Assembly: GCA_963794325.1 (NCBI GenBank)
Contig: CAWCDG010000004.1
Span: 1,152,001-1,216,000 of the forward strand
Length of the DNA: 64,000 nucleotides
Source of the DNA: an uncultured delta proteobacterium
Lineage (GTDB): Bacteria > Desulfobacterota > Binatia > Binatales > Binataceae
Reading direction: 5' to 3'
Shown here one piece after another: positions 50,954 through 62,521 of this stretch. How positions within the stretch are numbered: the stretch's first letter is position 1; the number at the start of each line of letters is the position of its first letter. The notes under the pieces are model-generated. The model did no database searches and was not told the origin of the DNA. It saw only the letters and a list, made by a program, of their open reading frames with translations. Both the position numbers and the translations under genes were made by a program.

Positions 50954-51856
50954 ATGGCATCACTCAAGGCAATCCGGCGCCGGATTTCGTCGGCCAAATC
51001 GACGCAGCAGATCACGCGCGCGTTGAAGCTGGTCTCGGCCGCGCGCTTGCGCCGCGCCCAGGAAGCATTGATCAACGCATTGCCCTACAGCGAAGCCCTC
51101 GCGCGCGTCGCCGACTCTCTGCTCACGTCGGAAGGAATCTCGGTCGGCCCCGTCGAAGGCGCGCAAAAGCGATCGCTGCTGGTGGTGGTCGCATCGGATC
51201 GCGGCCTGGCCGGCGGCTACAACGCGAACCTGTTCCGCGCGACCGAGGCGACGCAGCGCGAAATCCGCGGCACTGGCCTCGAGATCGAATTGTTTGCAGT
51301 CGGCAAAAAAGCCGTCGATTATTTCAGGCGCACTAATGTGCCGGTCGCACTCTCGCGAGTCGACAATCTCCCTCGCCTGGCAACCATCGCACTCGCACGC
51401 GACATCGCGGCCAAGATGCTCTCCGACTACTCCTCCGGCGCCATCGACGAAGCCGGCATCGTCTACACTCATTTCCAATCCGCCCTCGTGCAGAAGCCGG
51501 TGTACGAGCGCCTCCTTCCGATCAAGCCGCCGGGAGAGGCAGGCATCAAACCAGGCGCGGAAGTCGAGGCTGCGGTTTCAAAATCCGACGCGCCCAAAAT
51601 CGACTACCTCGTCGAGCCGTCGCGCGAGGAACTGGTGCCCGTCGTGCTGCGGGGATATCTCGAAGCGAGCGTCTATCACGCGCTGCTCGAATCCGAAGCC
51701 AGCGAGCAAGGCGCGCGCATGACCGCGATGGACGCGGCGACCAACAATGCCAACGACATGATCTCGTCGCTAACTCTCGAAATGAACCGCGCTCGCCAGG
51801 CCCAGATCACTCGCGAGCTGATGGACATAGTAGGCGGCGCCGAGGCGTTGCGCTGA
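50954..51856 (+). CDS. atpG: ATP synthase F1 subunit gamma
   Basis: STQQITRA, SDRGLAGGYN, SEQGARMTAMDAAT, RQAQITREL. Confidence 0.97.
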   Translation: MASLKAIRRRISSAKSTQQITRALKLVSAARLRRAQEALINALPYSEALARVADSLLTSEGISVGPVEGAQKRSLLVVVASDRGLAGGYNANLFRATEATQREIRGTGLEIELFAVGKKAVDYFRRTNVPVALSRVDNLPRLATIALARDIAAKMLSDYSSGAIDEAGIVYTHFQSALVQKPVYERLLPIKPPGEAGIKPGAEVEAAVSKSDAPKIDYLVEPSREELVPVVLRGYLEASVYHALLESEASEQGARMTAMDAATNNANDMISSLTLEMNRARQAQITRELMDIVGGAEALR

Positions 51857-51872
51857 TGATCATTCTCTTAAA

Positions 51873-53387
<1,515 letters not shown>

Positions 53388-53409
53388 CTGGGACGATTAT
53401 CTGAAATAA

Positions 53410-53832
53410 ATGGCTTCGACGTTCAAATTCAGGCTGGTCACTCCGACCGGCATAGTCTTCGAAGGCGATGCCGCCGAAGTCTCCGCAGCAGGCCCGCTAG
53501 GCGAATTCGGCATCCTGCCCGAGCACATCAACTTCATAACGTCACTGGTCCCCGGCGTGCTCGAAGCGCAATTGCCCGACGGCACGAAGATGCACTGGGT
53601 AATCTCCGGCGGCTTGGCCGAAGTCAAAGACGGCGTGATGACAGTGTTAGCGAGCAGCGCCGAATCCCCGGAAACAGTGGACGCGTCGGAAGCCGCCGCG
53701 CAAGTAGAACTAGCCGACAAACAATTCTCAACTCTCAGCTACTACGACCCCACCTATCAAGCAGCCCAGGAAGCCCTACAACTAGCCCGCGCCAGAGTAG
53801 AAGCCGCCGCCCTGAAATCAAGCGCGCGCTAG
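53410..53832 (+). CDS. atpC: ATP synthase F1 subunit epsilon
   Basis: LVTP, GEFGILPEH, SGGLAEV. Confidence 0.95.
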   Translation: MASTFKFRLVTPTGIVFEGDAAEVSAAGPLGEFGILPEHINFITSLVPGVLEAQLPDGTKMHWVISGGLAEVKDGVMTVLASSAESPETVDASEAAAQVELADKQFSTLSYYDPTYQAAQEALQLARARVEAAALKSSAR

Positions 53833-53837
53833 TTCTC

Positions 53838-55341
53838 CTATATCGGCAGCGTGAACGGCGTACCACAGACGTCGAACGTCACTGCTGGACGCGACGGCCA
53901 ACTTGGATCCTTCAGGTCCTTGGCCCACTGCTTGATGTCAGCCTCGAGCTCCTTGACCTTGTCGGGACACTTAGGCGCAACATTCGTGCTTTCGTTCAGA
54001 TCCGACTTCAGGTTGAATAGCATGGTATAGGTCCCATACTCAGTTCCGGTAGATTCCCACAGCTTCCAATCTCCTTTGCGAATCGAGACCAAAGGACTAC
54101 GTCGCCACATCAATTCATTGTGCGGCGTCCCGCTTTTATGGGCGGTCAGATAAGGAATGAGGTTAACCCCGTCATAGACCCGGTCCTTGGGCAGCGTTCC
54201 TCCCGCCGCGGCGACCGAAGTGGGGAACACGTCCAGCAGCGACACGACTCGATGGTCAACCTGACCCGGCTTGAACTTCGCCGGCCATCGAATCATGAAC
54301 GGCACGCGCATGCCGCCCTCGTAATGCGTCAGCTTTCCACCGCGCAACGGCTGACAACTGCAGATGCCGGGGATATAGCCCGCGCATCCATTGTCCGTCA
54401 GGAAAAAAATAAGTGTGTTGTTCGCCTGGCCGCTATCATCCACTGCCTTGAGCACTCGTCCGACCGCGTCATCCAGCGCCGATATCATGCCCGCGTAGGT
54501 CCTTAGTCCTTCATCCTTAATTTGTGGGAAGCGATTGTAGTACTTATCCGTCACCATGAACGGCGCGTGGGTCGCATTCGGTGCGAGATATAGGAAGTAC
54601 GGACGATGGTGTCCGCTATTACGATGTATATAATCGACAGCGCGATCTGCCCAGTACTCGGTAAGGTACTGCGACTCGTTATGCACTACCGTGCGATTCG
54701 GACCCTCGATAACCTGTGACAGCCGTCCTCGCGTATGTCGTAGGGGCCGCTCGCCGGTCGCGTCCGCATCAGCCGCGTGCCGCGGGTTCCAGAAGTGAAC
54801 GCCTGGCAGGCTGGGATCGATGTAAGCAGTCTCGCCGGGCAGGAATCCTACGAACTCGTCGTATCCGCGATTGGTCGGATAGAATTGATCCTGCGATCCT
54901 AGATGCCATTTGCCGATTGCTCCCGTGTGATAGCCATTCTTGCGCAGTTCGTCCGCAATCGTGATCTCGCCAACCGCCAGCCCCAATCCTTGCACCAGGT
55001 CGCGCAACGCCGGGCCATTGTTGAACTCGAACCCAAAGCGGTCCTGGTAACGGCCGGTCTGCAGTCCCGCCCGCGAAGGCGCGCATACGGGCGCGCTTGC
55101 GTATCCGTCGGTGAACTTGATTCCCTGGTCCCCGATTGAATCGATATTCGGGGTATCGATCCGATGAATCCCGTAGGCCGAGATATCCGCGTAGCCCAAA
55201 TCGTCGGCGAGTATCACGATGATGTTCGGCTTCTGACCTGGCGTCGCTTGAGCGGGCGCAGCCCACGCGCTCTTCAGTCTGGAAACGGCCCGCAACCGCG
55301 CAGCACAACACTAACGCCGCCGAGATCCATCGACGCTTCAT
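53838..55341 (-). pseudogene. Sulfatase (formylglycine-dependent) with apparent +1 frameshift in the signal peptide
   Basis: PNIIVILADDLG, CAPSRAGLQTGR, GKWHLG, TDNG, YEGGMRVP; AGGAG RBS and ATG 55341 (MKRRWISAALVLCC) are out of frame with the body by one base; may be an assembly error. Confidence 0.75.
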
Positions 55342-55401
55342 CTTCTCTCCTATCATCCCACTCACTCAGGTTGGCAGTTCGTCAGCTTGCAGACGAAGCA
55401 C

Positions 55402-56445
55402 CTATACTCGTCCCGCCGCGCGCAACACATACAGCGCATCCGCCGTTACCCACTCGTTCATGCGGGCGCTTCCGGCTCCGCCCCAATCCACCTGGGAAAT
55501 CGATCCAAACCGCGTGCTCATATCCATGCTGGCCGACACCTTGTAGAACCGCCCGAGCGCGGCCCATCCACCTTTCGGCAGTTCCTTGCGCTCGAGTTGA
55601 TCGAGCGCGTCGGCGCAGCGCGGATCCTTGATAAGTCCTATCTCCGCCATCGCCACCAGTCCGCCAAGCATGTCGTAATGCCAATAGCGCGGATACTTCG
55701 GCCTCAACCAATGCGGCGAAATCACCTTCCCGTCGGTTTTACTCTTGAACAATCGCCGACTGAGAAAAATTTCCGACGCCTTCAACGCCGCCGCGCGCGC
55801 CGCGTCGTCTCCTGAGCGTTCCGCATGAGCCGCGAGTCCGAGCATCGGAAGCAGCGATTCGTTGAACGATGAAATATGCGCAGACGGCCTCCGATCGCAA
55901 TTCCATCCGCCGTCCGGCCATTGCCAATGAATCAATCTCTCCGCCAGTCTGTCGCTCCGTTTGTCCGCCAACCCCAGCCGCGTGATCGAGTAGAGCGCGT
56001 TGCCCTGCTGCGATCCGCATCGGCGATAGCGCCCCTGAATTATCGGAACGCCTTCCGCCTGCCTGATTTTCGGCACCGCGGTTTTCGACTCGAACTCCAT
56101 GTAAAAGGAGCCGTCCAGCCAACAATCGAGTACCTGCTCGCGCATCGGCAGCAGAGATTCGTCTCCCTCCGGATACCCAATCTCCGCCAGCATCGCGAGC
56201 GTCCAATGCGCCCCGCGCCACTTCGCGTACACATGCGCCTCGCGAACAAACTTCCGATCCCTTCCCGCGATTAACGCTCGCGCACGCGGCGACGTCCTGA
56301 TTTCTTCCCGCAGCTCCCGAACTTTCCGCGCCTCAGGATCTTCTCCCAAAACGCGAGTCATCACCTTCCACCGAACCGAAGGCTCTTCGCTCTTCAGCAG
56401 CGCCTCGATGACAGACTTCGATCGCGTTTCATAACGCAGCGCCAT
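55402..56445 (-). CDS. Prenyltransferase/squalene-cyclase-repeat-like alpha-barrel protein
   Basis: QWPDGGWNC QW motif, PRYWHYDML, EWVTADALYVL. Confidence 0.65.
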   Translation of the reverse strand: MALRYETRSKSVIEALLKSEEPSVRWKVMTRVLGEDPEARKVRELREEIRTSPRARALIAGRDRKFVREAHVYAKWRGAHWTLAMLAEIGYPEGDESLLPMREQVLDCWLDGSFYMEFESKTAVPKIRQAEGVPIIQGRYRRCGSQQGNALYSITRLGLADKRSDRLAERLIHWQWPDGGWNCDRRPSAHISSFNESLLPMLGLAAHAERSGDDAARAAALKASEIFLSRRLFKSKTDGKVISPHWLRPKYPRYWHYDMLGGLVAMAEIGLIKDPRCADALDQLERKELPKGGWAALGRFYKVSASMDMSTRFGSISQVDWGGAGSARMNEWVTADALYVLRAAGRV

Positions 56446-56495
56446 TCTGACAATTTCAAATCACCTCGATCAAACGGCCGCATCTTCCTCCGCAT

Positions 56496-56540
56496 TCCGG
56501 TTCCCTCTTCCCGCGAGGACCGAAGGGGTTAGGGGTTAGG
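56496..56540 (+). repeat. Family B REP-like copy
   Basis: TCCGGTTCCCTCTTCCCGCGAGGACCGAAGGGGTTAGGGGTTAGG. Confidence 0.85.
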
Positions 56541-56601
56541 TTCTTCGGACTTCGTCAGCAATGCAAGCGTTCCGAATTTTCTGTGGTATGAGTCACCAAC
56601 A

Positions 56602-57735
56602 ATGAAGCACGCGACCCAAATCAATCTCATCCACCAGATTTTCGATGCCATCGATCGCGGCACGCCGCCGATGGCTGAACGATTCACCCATAACGACCCG
56701 TTCGCGTACACCTCGCCGGAGCGTGCCGCCCGCGAGCGCGACGTGCTCTTCCGCCGTCATCCGATCGTCGCCGGCTTCAGCTCGCAGATTCCCAATCCCG
56801 GCGACTACCTCACCGAGGATCACGCGCCCGTGCCAATCATGGTCGTGCGAAACACCTCCGGCGACCTGCGCGCGTTCATCAACATCTGCCGCCATCGCGG
56901 CGCCAGGCTGGTCGACGGATGCGGCCACACCGCGAAGCTGTTTTCGTGCCCCTATCATGCTTGGAGCTATGACACCGACGGCCGCCTCGTCGCGATTCCC
57001 GACGACTACGGATTCGAAGGCCTCGATCGCGCCGCCAGCGGCCTCGTCGCGCTGCCAGTCGCCGAGAAGTACGGACTCATCTTCGTAACGCCAACGCCGA
57101 CAAGCAACGACACTATCGACATCGACGCGATGCTCGCCGGGCTCGGCGAAGACATCGAATCGTACGGCATCGGTGCGATGGCGCATCAGGAGACGCGCGT
57201 CGTCCGCCGCCGCATGAACTGGAAGCTGATGAGCGACACGTTCTGGGAGGCCTACCACATCAAGGTGCTGCACGCGCAGAACGTCGCCCCGCTGTTCGTC
57301 AAGAACCTCGCGATGTTCGACGCGTTCGGCCGCAACACCCGTTACATCGGCGTGCGCAAATCAATCGAGAAGCTGCGCGACCTGCCGCAAGAAAAGTGGG
57401 ACCTGATTCCGCACACGACCATCCTGATGAATCTCTTTCCCAACACGATCCTCGTGATGCAATCCGATCACGCCGAGGTTTACCGCATCTTTCCCGCCGG
57501 CGCGCACGCCGGCGAGAGCGTCGCGACCATCAGCATCCTCGCAGTCGAGCCGTCTCTGAAATGGTCGCGCACTATGGATCTCCTGCTCGGCGTGGTGGAC
57601 CAGGATTTCACGCTGGGCGAAGGAATCCAGCGCAACTTCGAATCCGGCGCGCTTAGGAGAGTGATGTACGGCCGCTACGAAAACGCCCTCGAACATTTCC
57701 ACCGCTCAATCCGCGAAGCTCTCGGCGAAGCGTGA
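56602..57735 (+). CDS. Rieske non-heme iron oxygenase alpha subunit
   Basis: CRHRG...CPYH Rieske ligands; NWK..EAYH..LH mononuclear Fe motif. Confidence 0.93.
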   Translation: MKHATQINLIHQIFDAIDRGTPPMAERFTHNDPFAYTSPERAARERDVLFRRHPIVAGFSSQIPNPGDYLTEDHAPVPIMVVRNTSGDLRAFINICRHRGARLVDGCGHTAKLFSCPYHAWSYDTDGRLVAIPDDYGFEGLDRAASGLVALPVAEKYGLIFVTPTPTSNDTIDIDAMLAGLGEDIESYGIGAMAHQETRVVRRRMNWKLMSDTFWEAYHIKVLHAQNVAPLFVKNLAMFDAFGRNTRYIGVRKSIEKLRDLPQEKWDLIPHTTILMNLFPNTILVMQSDHAEVYRIFPAGAHAGESVATISILAVEPSLKWSRTMDLLLGVVDQDFTLGEGIQRNFESGALRRVMYGRYENALEHFHRSIREALGEA

Positions 57736-57737
57736 GT

Positions 57738-58592
57738 TCAGATGACCCGGAATACCGGGACTTCGAATTCGGCGCGGTACTCACCTGCTCTCGCACTCAA
57801 TCGCCATACGATTCGGCTGGCTGGATTCGAATTGTCAGTCGGGCGGCGATCCGGTGCGATCATGAACGCGACTGGAATCGATCCGATCGAGTCGCTGATC
57901 GAAGTTTGATCGGCCTTCCACAAAATCCGATCCCAGGTCGTCAGACTATGCCAGTGGCCGCGCGTCGTGCGGTTGATGCATTCGAGCTCGAGCGCGACTT
58001 GCTCTCCCGCCGGCAGGGGCTTGTCGATATGAATCGAGCCGGTCAGCGCGCCGCCGATTTGTCCCGGCATCGACGCCATCATGAAGCGCGACTCGCCGTA
58101 TTCGCGGACTCGCCGCCGCATGCGCATCGCCCACATCAGCATCACGACGCCGATTGCCGGGAATATTAACGATGGCAGCGAGAAGTAGTCGGCGTTTCGG
58201 AGCGCGCGATGCGGCACGATGAACAAGATCGGAAACGTTGCGACGCACCATGCGATCGCGATGATCGTCAGCCGATTTGCGTCGCGCTTCGTGGAAGTGC
58301 GGACTTCGCCCGCCGCCCAGTCTTCGCGCCACATCCACGGCGCGTCGGGATTCGCCGCGCGCAGTCGCTCGGAAGGATCGACGCCGCGCGCGTGGAGGCG
58401 AACCCACCAGATCGCGCCGATGCCCGCGCCCGCGCATGCGATCGCGATCGACGCAGCGAGTGCCACCCGCTCCCAATTGCCTTCGCTCGCACGAGTCACC
58501 GCGACCATCGCGGCGAGAAGTGCCGCGATGGACAGCGGCGTGCCGAGAAACTTTATGAAGCCAGGGACGAACCGCTCGGGATATGTCTTCAA
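57738..58592 (-). CDS. Hypothetical membrane protein
   Basis: About four TM helices, PWMWREDW motif; TTG start overlapping the aroA stop (TTGA). Confidence 0.7.
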   Translation of the reverse strand: MKTYPERFVPGFIKFLGTPLSIAALLAAMVAVTRASEGNWERVALAASIAIACAGAGIGAIWWVRLHARGVDPSERLRAANPDAPWMWREDWAAGEVRTSTKRDANRLTIIAIAWCVATFPILFIVPHRALRNADYFSLPSLIFPAIGVVMLMWAMRMRRRVREYGESRFMMASMPGQIGGALTGSIHIDKPLPAGEQVALELECINRTTRGHWHSLTTWDRILWKADQTSISDSIGSIPVAFMIAPDRRPTDNSNPASRIVWRLSARAGEYRAEFEVPVFRVI

Positions 58593-59869
58593 CGGAGCGC
58601 GGCGAGGCGATCGAAGAAATCCGGGAAGGTTTTCGCGACGCATCCGGGCTGCTTGATTTTCACGCCGCCGAGCTTCAGGCCCGTCACCGCGAAACTCATC
58701 GCGATACGATGATCGTCATAAGTCTCAACGACCGCCGGATGCATCGCCGACGGCGCAATCTCCAGTCCGTCTTCGTTCTCGACGACGGTCGCGCCCAGCC
58801 GCCGGAGTTCGGTCGCGAGCGCGCGGATGCGATCGCTTTCGTGATGCCGGATGAACGCGACGTTGCGGATTGTCGTCGGCGACGATGCGAACGGGGCAAT
58901 CGCCGCGAGCGTCGCGACCATGTCCGGCATCGAGTTCATCGCAACGTTGACGCCGGTGAGTTTTCCGGTTCCCACGACCTCGACGTGATCGCTATGCCAC
59001 ACGACGCGCGCGCCCATCTGCTGCAGCACGCCGAGAAAACCGACGTCACCCTGTACCGAGCTCGAGGTCAGGCCCTCGATTCGCACAGTTCCGCCGACCA
59101 GCGCTGCGGCCGCCGCGAAGTAACTCGCGCTCGACGCGTCCGGCTCGACGACGAAACGCTGCGCCCGATACCACTGCCCACCCGGCACCACGATCGTTTC
59201 GCCTTCGACCGAGTGATGCGCTCCCCACACTTCCATCAGCCGCAGCGTCATATCGATGAACGGCCGCGCCGCGTCGCCGATCACGCGCAGCTTGAGGCCC
59301 GACTTCCAAATCGGCGCCGGCATCAGCATCGCCGAAACGAACTGCGACGACACGCGCGCATCGATCGAGGTCTCGCCGCCCTCGAAGCGGGCCCGCGACG
59401 CATCGACGATCACCGGCGGACAGTTGTTATTGCGCTCGCTGTACACGCTCGCGCCGAGGCGTTGCATCGCGTCGAGCTGCGGCCCGATCGGACGCTGGCG
59501 CATCCGCTGATTCCCGTCGATTTGAAAACGCCCCTCGCCGAGCGTGACCATCGCGACGATGAAGCGCATCACGGTGCCGGCGCCGCCGACAAAAATCTCA
59601 CCGCCATGAGCCGGGATCGTGCCGCCACGCCCGCTGATCGTGATCCTGCGCGCGGGCTCGTCGATCTCGACGCCGAAGCCCATCACCCTGAGCGCGTCGC
59701 TCATGTAGCGCGTGTCGTCGCTCAGCAGGACCGAGTCGAGCACCGATCGCCCCTGCGCCAGCGCCGCCAGCACCATCGCGCGATTCGTGATGCTCTTGGA
59801 ACCGGGCAGCACCACGCGCGCGTCGAGCGGCCCGCTCACCGGAGTTATTTCGATCTCTTCAGTATCCAT
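58589..59869 (-). CDS. aroA: 3-phosphoshikimate 1-carboxyvinyltransferase
   Basis: PGSKSITNR, AGTVMRF, SSQFVSA, EPDASSA, HESDRI, DDHRIAM, KTFPDFF. Confidence 0.97.
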   Translation of the reverse strand: MDTEEIEITPVSGPLDARVVLPGSKSITNRAMVLAALAQGRSVLDSVLLSDDTRYMSDALRVMGFGVEIDEPARRITISGRGGTIPAHGGEIFVGGAGTVMRFIVAMVTLGEGRFQIDGNQRMRQRPIGPQLDAMQRLGASVYSERNNNCPPVIVDASRARFEGGETSIDARVSSQFVSAMLMPAPIWKSGLKLRVIGDAARPFIDMTLRLMEVWGAHHSVEGETIVVPGGQWYRAQRFVVEPDASSASYFAAAAALVGGTVRIEGLTSSSVQGDVGFLGVLQQMGARVVWHSDHVEVVGTGKLTGVNVAMNSMPDMVATLAAIAPFASSPTTIRNVAFIRHHESDRIRALATELRRLGATVVENEDGLEIAPSAMHPAVVETYDDHRIAMSFAVTGLKLGGVKIKQPGCVAKTFPDFFDRLAALR

Positions 59870-60032
59870 TCCAGTTTTTTCAGTGTCTATTCCAGATTAA
59901 CCGGGCCAATTGATGGGTAACAAGCGTGGGTTCCTAACCAGTAGCGCCTTCGGGGGTTATTGCCTCATCCTTGACGCTACGATTACAGTAGCCAAAGCTA
60001 CTGGCAGTAGGGCTCAGGGGAGGTTGAACGCC

Positions 60033-60581
60033 ATGAGACTGATCAATTTGATCGTACCGGCCGCGATGATTGCGGCGATCGCATTGTTCGCGCCGCACGC
60101 TGACGCGCAAACGATGGGCGAGTACGCGACAACAACGGCCGGGGTTGGGTCCGGTGCCTCCTCAATCGGTACCAGCATTTCGAACACAGTCGGCTCGGAC
60201 AATGTCGGCGGCGATTCGAGGACCTGGGGAGCGAGCTCACTAGGTGGCAGCTTTCAAGACCGGGCCGGAGCCATGTCGTCATCCGGAGCCGGAGCGGATT
60301 TCGATTCGCGCGCCGGATCGATGACGGGCGGGTCGACCTCCGCATCGCGCTGGCCCGCGGCGTCACAGTTTAGTAGCAGCGAATCGGCGAACCGATTCGG
60401 TGATTCCGGTGACGGCGCCTCCGGGAGATTTTCCACGACGGATCGATTCACCGAGCGCACCGACCTGTCCGCATCGTCGTCGGACCGCTTTCCACAGAGC
60501 CAGTTCAACGATAACCGGATGGGCCTGGACACCCACTTCAGCGCTTCCTCGGGGTTGGACAGCAGCCACAGTTCGAACTGA
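60033..60581 (+). CDS. Secreted Ser/Gly-rich low-complexity protein
   Basis: GGGGAGG RBS; signal peptide ending ADA-Q; repeated (D/S/N/G)RF and DRAG/SRAG motifs. Confidence 0.7.
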   Translation: MRLINLIVPAAMIAAIALFAPHADAQTMGEYATTTAGVGSGASSIGTSISNTVGSDNVGGDSRTWGASSLGGSFQDRAGAMSSSGAGADFDSRAGSMTGGSTSASRWPAASQFSSSESANRFGDSGDGASGRFSTTDRFTERTDLSASSSDRFPQSQFNDNRMGLDTHFSASSGLDSSHSSN

Positions 60582-60596
60582 CGCCGCCGCGAATCG

Positions 60597-61073
60597 CTAG
60601 CTGTGCGCCTCGACATTGCGACGGATTCGCTCCTTGCTCGCGGCCGGCCACACGTCGTCAATCTTGTAGGCCGTTTCGAATGCGGTCGCACCTTCGGGAA
60701 GTCTCACCCACGGCAGCTTGCTTCTCGTGAAAATATGAACGTCGGGTGTGATGGCGTCGGGATTGTCCAGCGTCCCCGCGCGAACGAATAGGGCCTCGCC
60801 GCCGGGCGCGACCGCATAGCGGCTCCAGACGTAGGTCCCGCACTTGTCGCAGAAGAACGCCTCGTGATCCTTGCCGGTGCCTCCTTTGAGTAGGACTGCC
60901 TTAGGCGTCGCACCAGTTCTTTCAACGAACTTCTTCTCGATCCAGATGTTGATCACAAAGCCGCTGCCGGTGACGCGCTGGCAATCGCGGCAGTGACATG
61001 CGTGAACGATTAACGGACTATTAGTCAGCTTGTAGCGGATCGCACCGCATGAACATCCACCTTCGAGATTCAT
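60597..61073 (-). CDS. GFA/CENP-V family Zn protein
   Basis: GGCSCGAIRY, CHCRDCQR, FCDKCG, HIFTRSK. Confidence 0.93.
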   Translation of the reverse strand: MNLEGGCSCGAIRYKLTNSPLIVHACHCRDCQRVTGSGFVINIWIEKKFVERTGATPKAVLLKGGTGKDHEAFFCDKCGTYVWSRYAVAPGGEALFVRAGTLDNPDAITPDVHIFTRSKLPWVRLPEGATAFETAYKIDDVWPAASKERIRRNVEAHS

Positions 61074-61141
61074 AGAAGCCTCCTGAACGCATTTGGGACT
61101 GCCTTGACCTGGAGTCTTGTCAAGGCAGTCCCGCAGCTTGC

Positions 61142-61504
61142 TTACTCTTCCTGATGCGAGACGGCTTCGATGTTGTTGCCGTCGGGATCCTTTACGAACC
61201 CGCCGTAGTAGTTCGCATGATACTGGGGCCGGAGTCCCGGCTTACCGTTGTCCTTGCCGCCGGCCGGCAACGCGGCGTCATAGAACTTCTTCACGGCAGC
61301 GCGGTCCTTAGCCGCAAATGCGATATGCACGGGTCCGTTAGCCTCGCCCTGCGCTAACCACAAGGCCGGCGCGTCCTTGGGGCCGAAGCCCAACATTCCG
61401 TCGCCTTCGTACTGCACGCTGAAACCCAGCGGCGCCAGCGCGGCCGTGTAGAAGCGCTTGCTCGAGTTGAGGTCCTTCACCTTTAACATTACGTGATCAA
61501 ACAT
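61142..61504 (-). CDS. VOC family protein
   Basis: MFDHV, HIAFAA, GGKDNGKPGLRPQY, DPDGNNIEAV. Confidence 0.93.
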   Translation of the reverse strand: MFDHVMLKVKDLNSSKRFYTAALAPLGFSVQYEGDGMLGFGPKDAPALWLAQGEANGPVHIAFAAKDRAAVKKFYDAALPAGGKDNGKPGLRPQYHANYYGGFVKDPDGNNIEAVSHQEE

Positions 61505-61550
61505 GACTCTCTCCTTCTAAGTGAGTTTCGAACTTCTATCTGCCAGACTC

Positions 61551-61805
61551 TTATACGCGCCCGCGCCATGCGGGCATGTCCTTGAGCATTGCGCGCGCCA
61601 TCGCGTCGGCGGCCGCGGGTGTGACGCCCTGCGACTCGACGTAGAAGCGCACGTTGGTCTCGAGCACCTGGTCGAAAGGAAGCAATTCGCCTCGCGCGTC
61701 AGTGCAATGACGGCAGTAGGGACGCGTCACGTCGCCGAGCGCAAAGTCCTCGGGCCTCTCCATCGGCATTCCGCATGAACCACAAGCGGGACATTTTTCA
61801 GCCAT
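61551..61805 (-). CDS. Zinc-ribbon domain protein
   Basis: CGSCGMPM, YCRHC, MPAW; AAGGAG RBS. Confidence 0.85.
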   Translation of the reverse strand: MAEKCPACGSCGMPMERPEDFALGDVTRPYCRHCTDARGELLPFDQVLETNVRFYVESQGVTPAAADAMARAMLKDMPAWRGRV

Positions 61806-61819
61806 CGTCTTATCTCCTT

Positions 61820-62407
61820 CTAGGGTTTAACCAGCGACATAAAATGATTCACCAGGGCGTCTCCTTGCTCTGCGATCACGGAGTTCCCGGTGGCGAACAC
61901 GTCCCGATTGACTAGATAGTGATGGACCAGTCCTATCCAGGTATTGAACAGCAGCGGCCGATCGATTTTGCGCGCGCGGCCGGCTTTGCGCTCGCGTTCC
62001 AGTGCCTGGAACAGTTCATAGGACACGGCCGCGTGCAGCAGCATCAGGGTGCTGCGCACTTTCGGCGGCAGCATCGGAGCTTCGGTCACCAGCCGCGCGT
62101 AGAAGGGCTCGAGTTCAGCGAGGACTCGCAGATGGGCCTGCAAGACTGCGCGCAGGCCAAGGTCATGCTCGAAGGCCTGGCGGAATTCGGCAGAGAGGCG
62201 GCGCCCGAACTCGTCGATCACCGCGATCACGAGATCGTCGCGGGTCGGAAAATGCAGGAACACGACACCGTGCGACATCCGAACCGCCTTGGCGACGTCG
62301 GCGGTGGTGGTATTCAAGATCCCCTTGCGCGCGAACAGCGCCATGGCCGCATTGACCAACCGGTCCCGCGTCACCACTTTCTGCTCCTGTCGCGTCACTG
62401 CCTGCAT
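61820..62407 (-). CDS. TetR/AcrR family transcriptional regulator
   Basis: LFARKG..TTTADVAKAVRMSHGVVFLHFPTRDDL. Confidence 0.93.
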   Translation of the reverse strand: MQAVTRQEQKVVTRDRLVNAAMALFARKGILNTTTADVAKAVRMSHGVVFLHFPTRDDLVIAVIDEFGRRLSAEFRQAFEHDLGLRAVLQAHLRVLAELEPFYARLVTEAPMLPPKVRSTLMLLHAAVSYELFQALERERKAGRARKIDRPLLFNTWIGLVHHYLVNRDVFATGNSVIAEQGDALVNHFMSLVKP

Positions 62408-62429
62408 CGTTCGTCTCTCATGCTTCTAG

Positions 62430-62488
62430 ACTGAGTATCAACTCAGTGAGTGTGAGCTCACCATACGGCCAACGCATGAGTTTGTCAA
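62430..62488 (-). promoter_or_regulatory. Sigma-70 promoter with two tandem palindromic operators upstream of tetR
   Basis: Minus strand TTGACA(62488-62483)-17 nt-TATGGT(62465-62460); TGAG-N6-CTCA at 62432-62445 and 62447-62460. Confidence 0.8.
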
Positions 62489-62521
62489 GCGGGATTTATT
62501 CCTGAAAACTGAAGCCCTCAG

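Noticed and set aside
58583-59920. Long opposite-strand ORFs over aroA, atpA, selB and others
   Set aside because: Expected stop-poor antisense frames of GC-rich genes, without motifs
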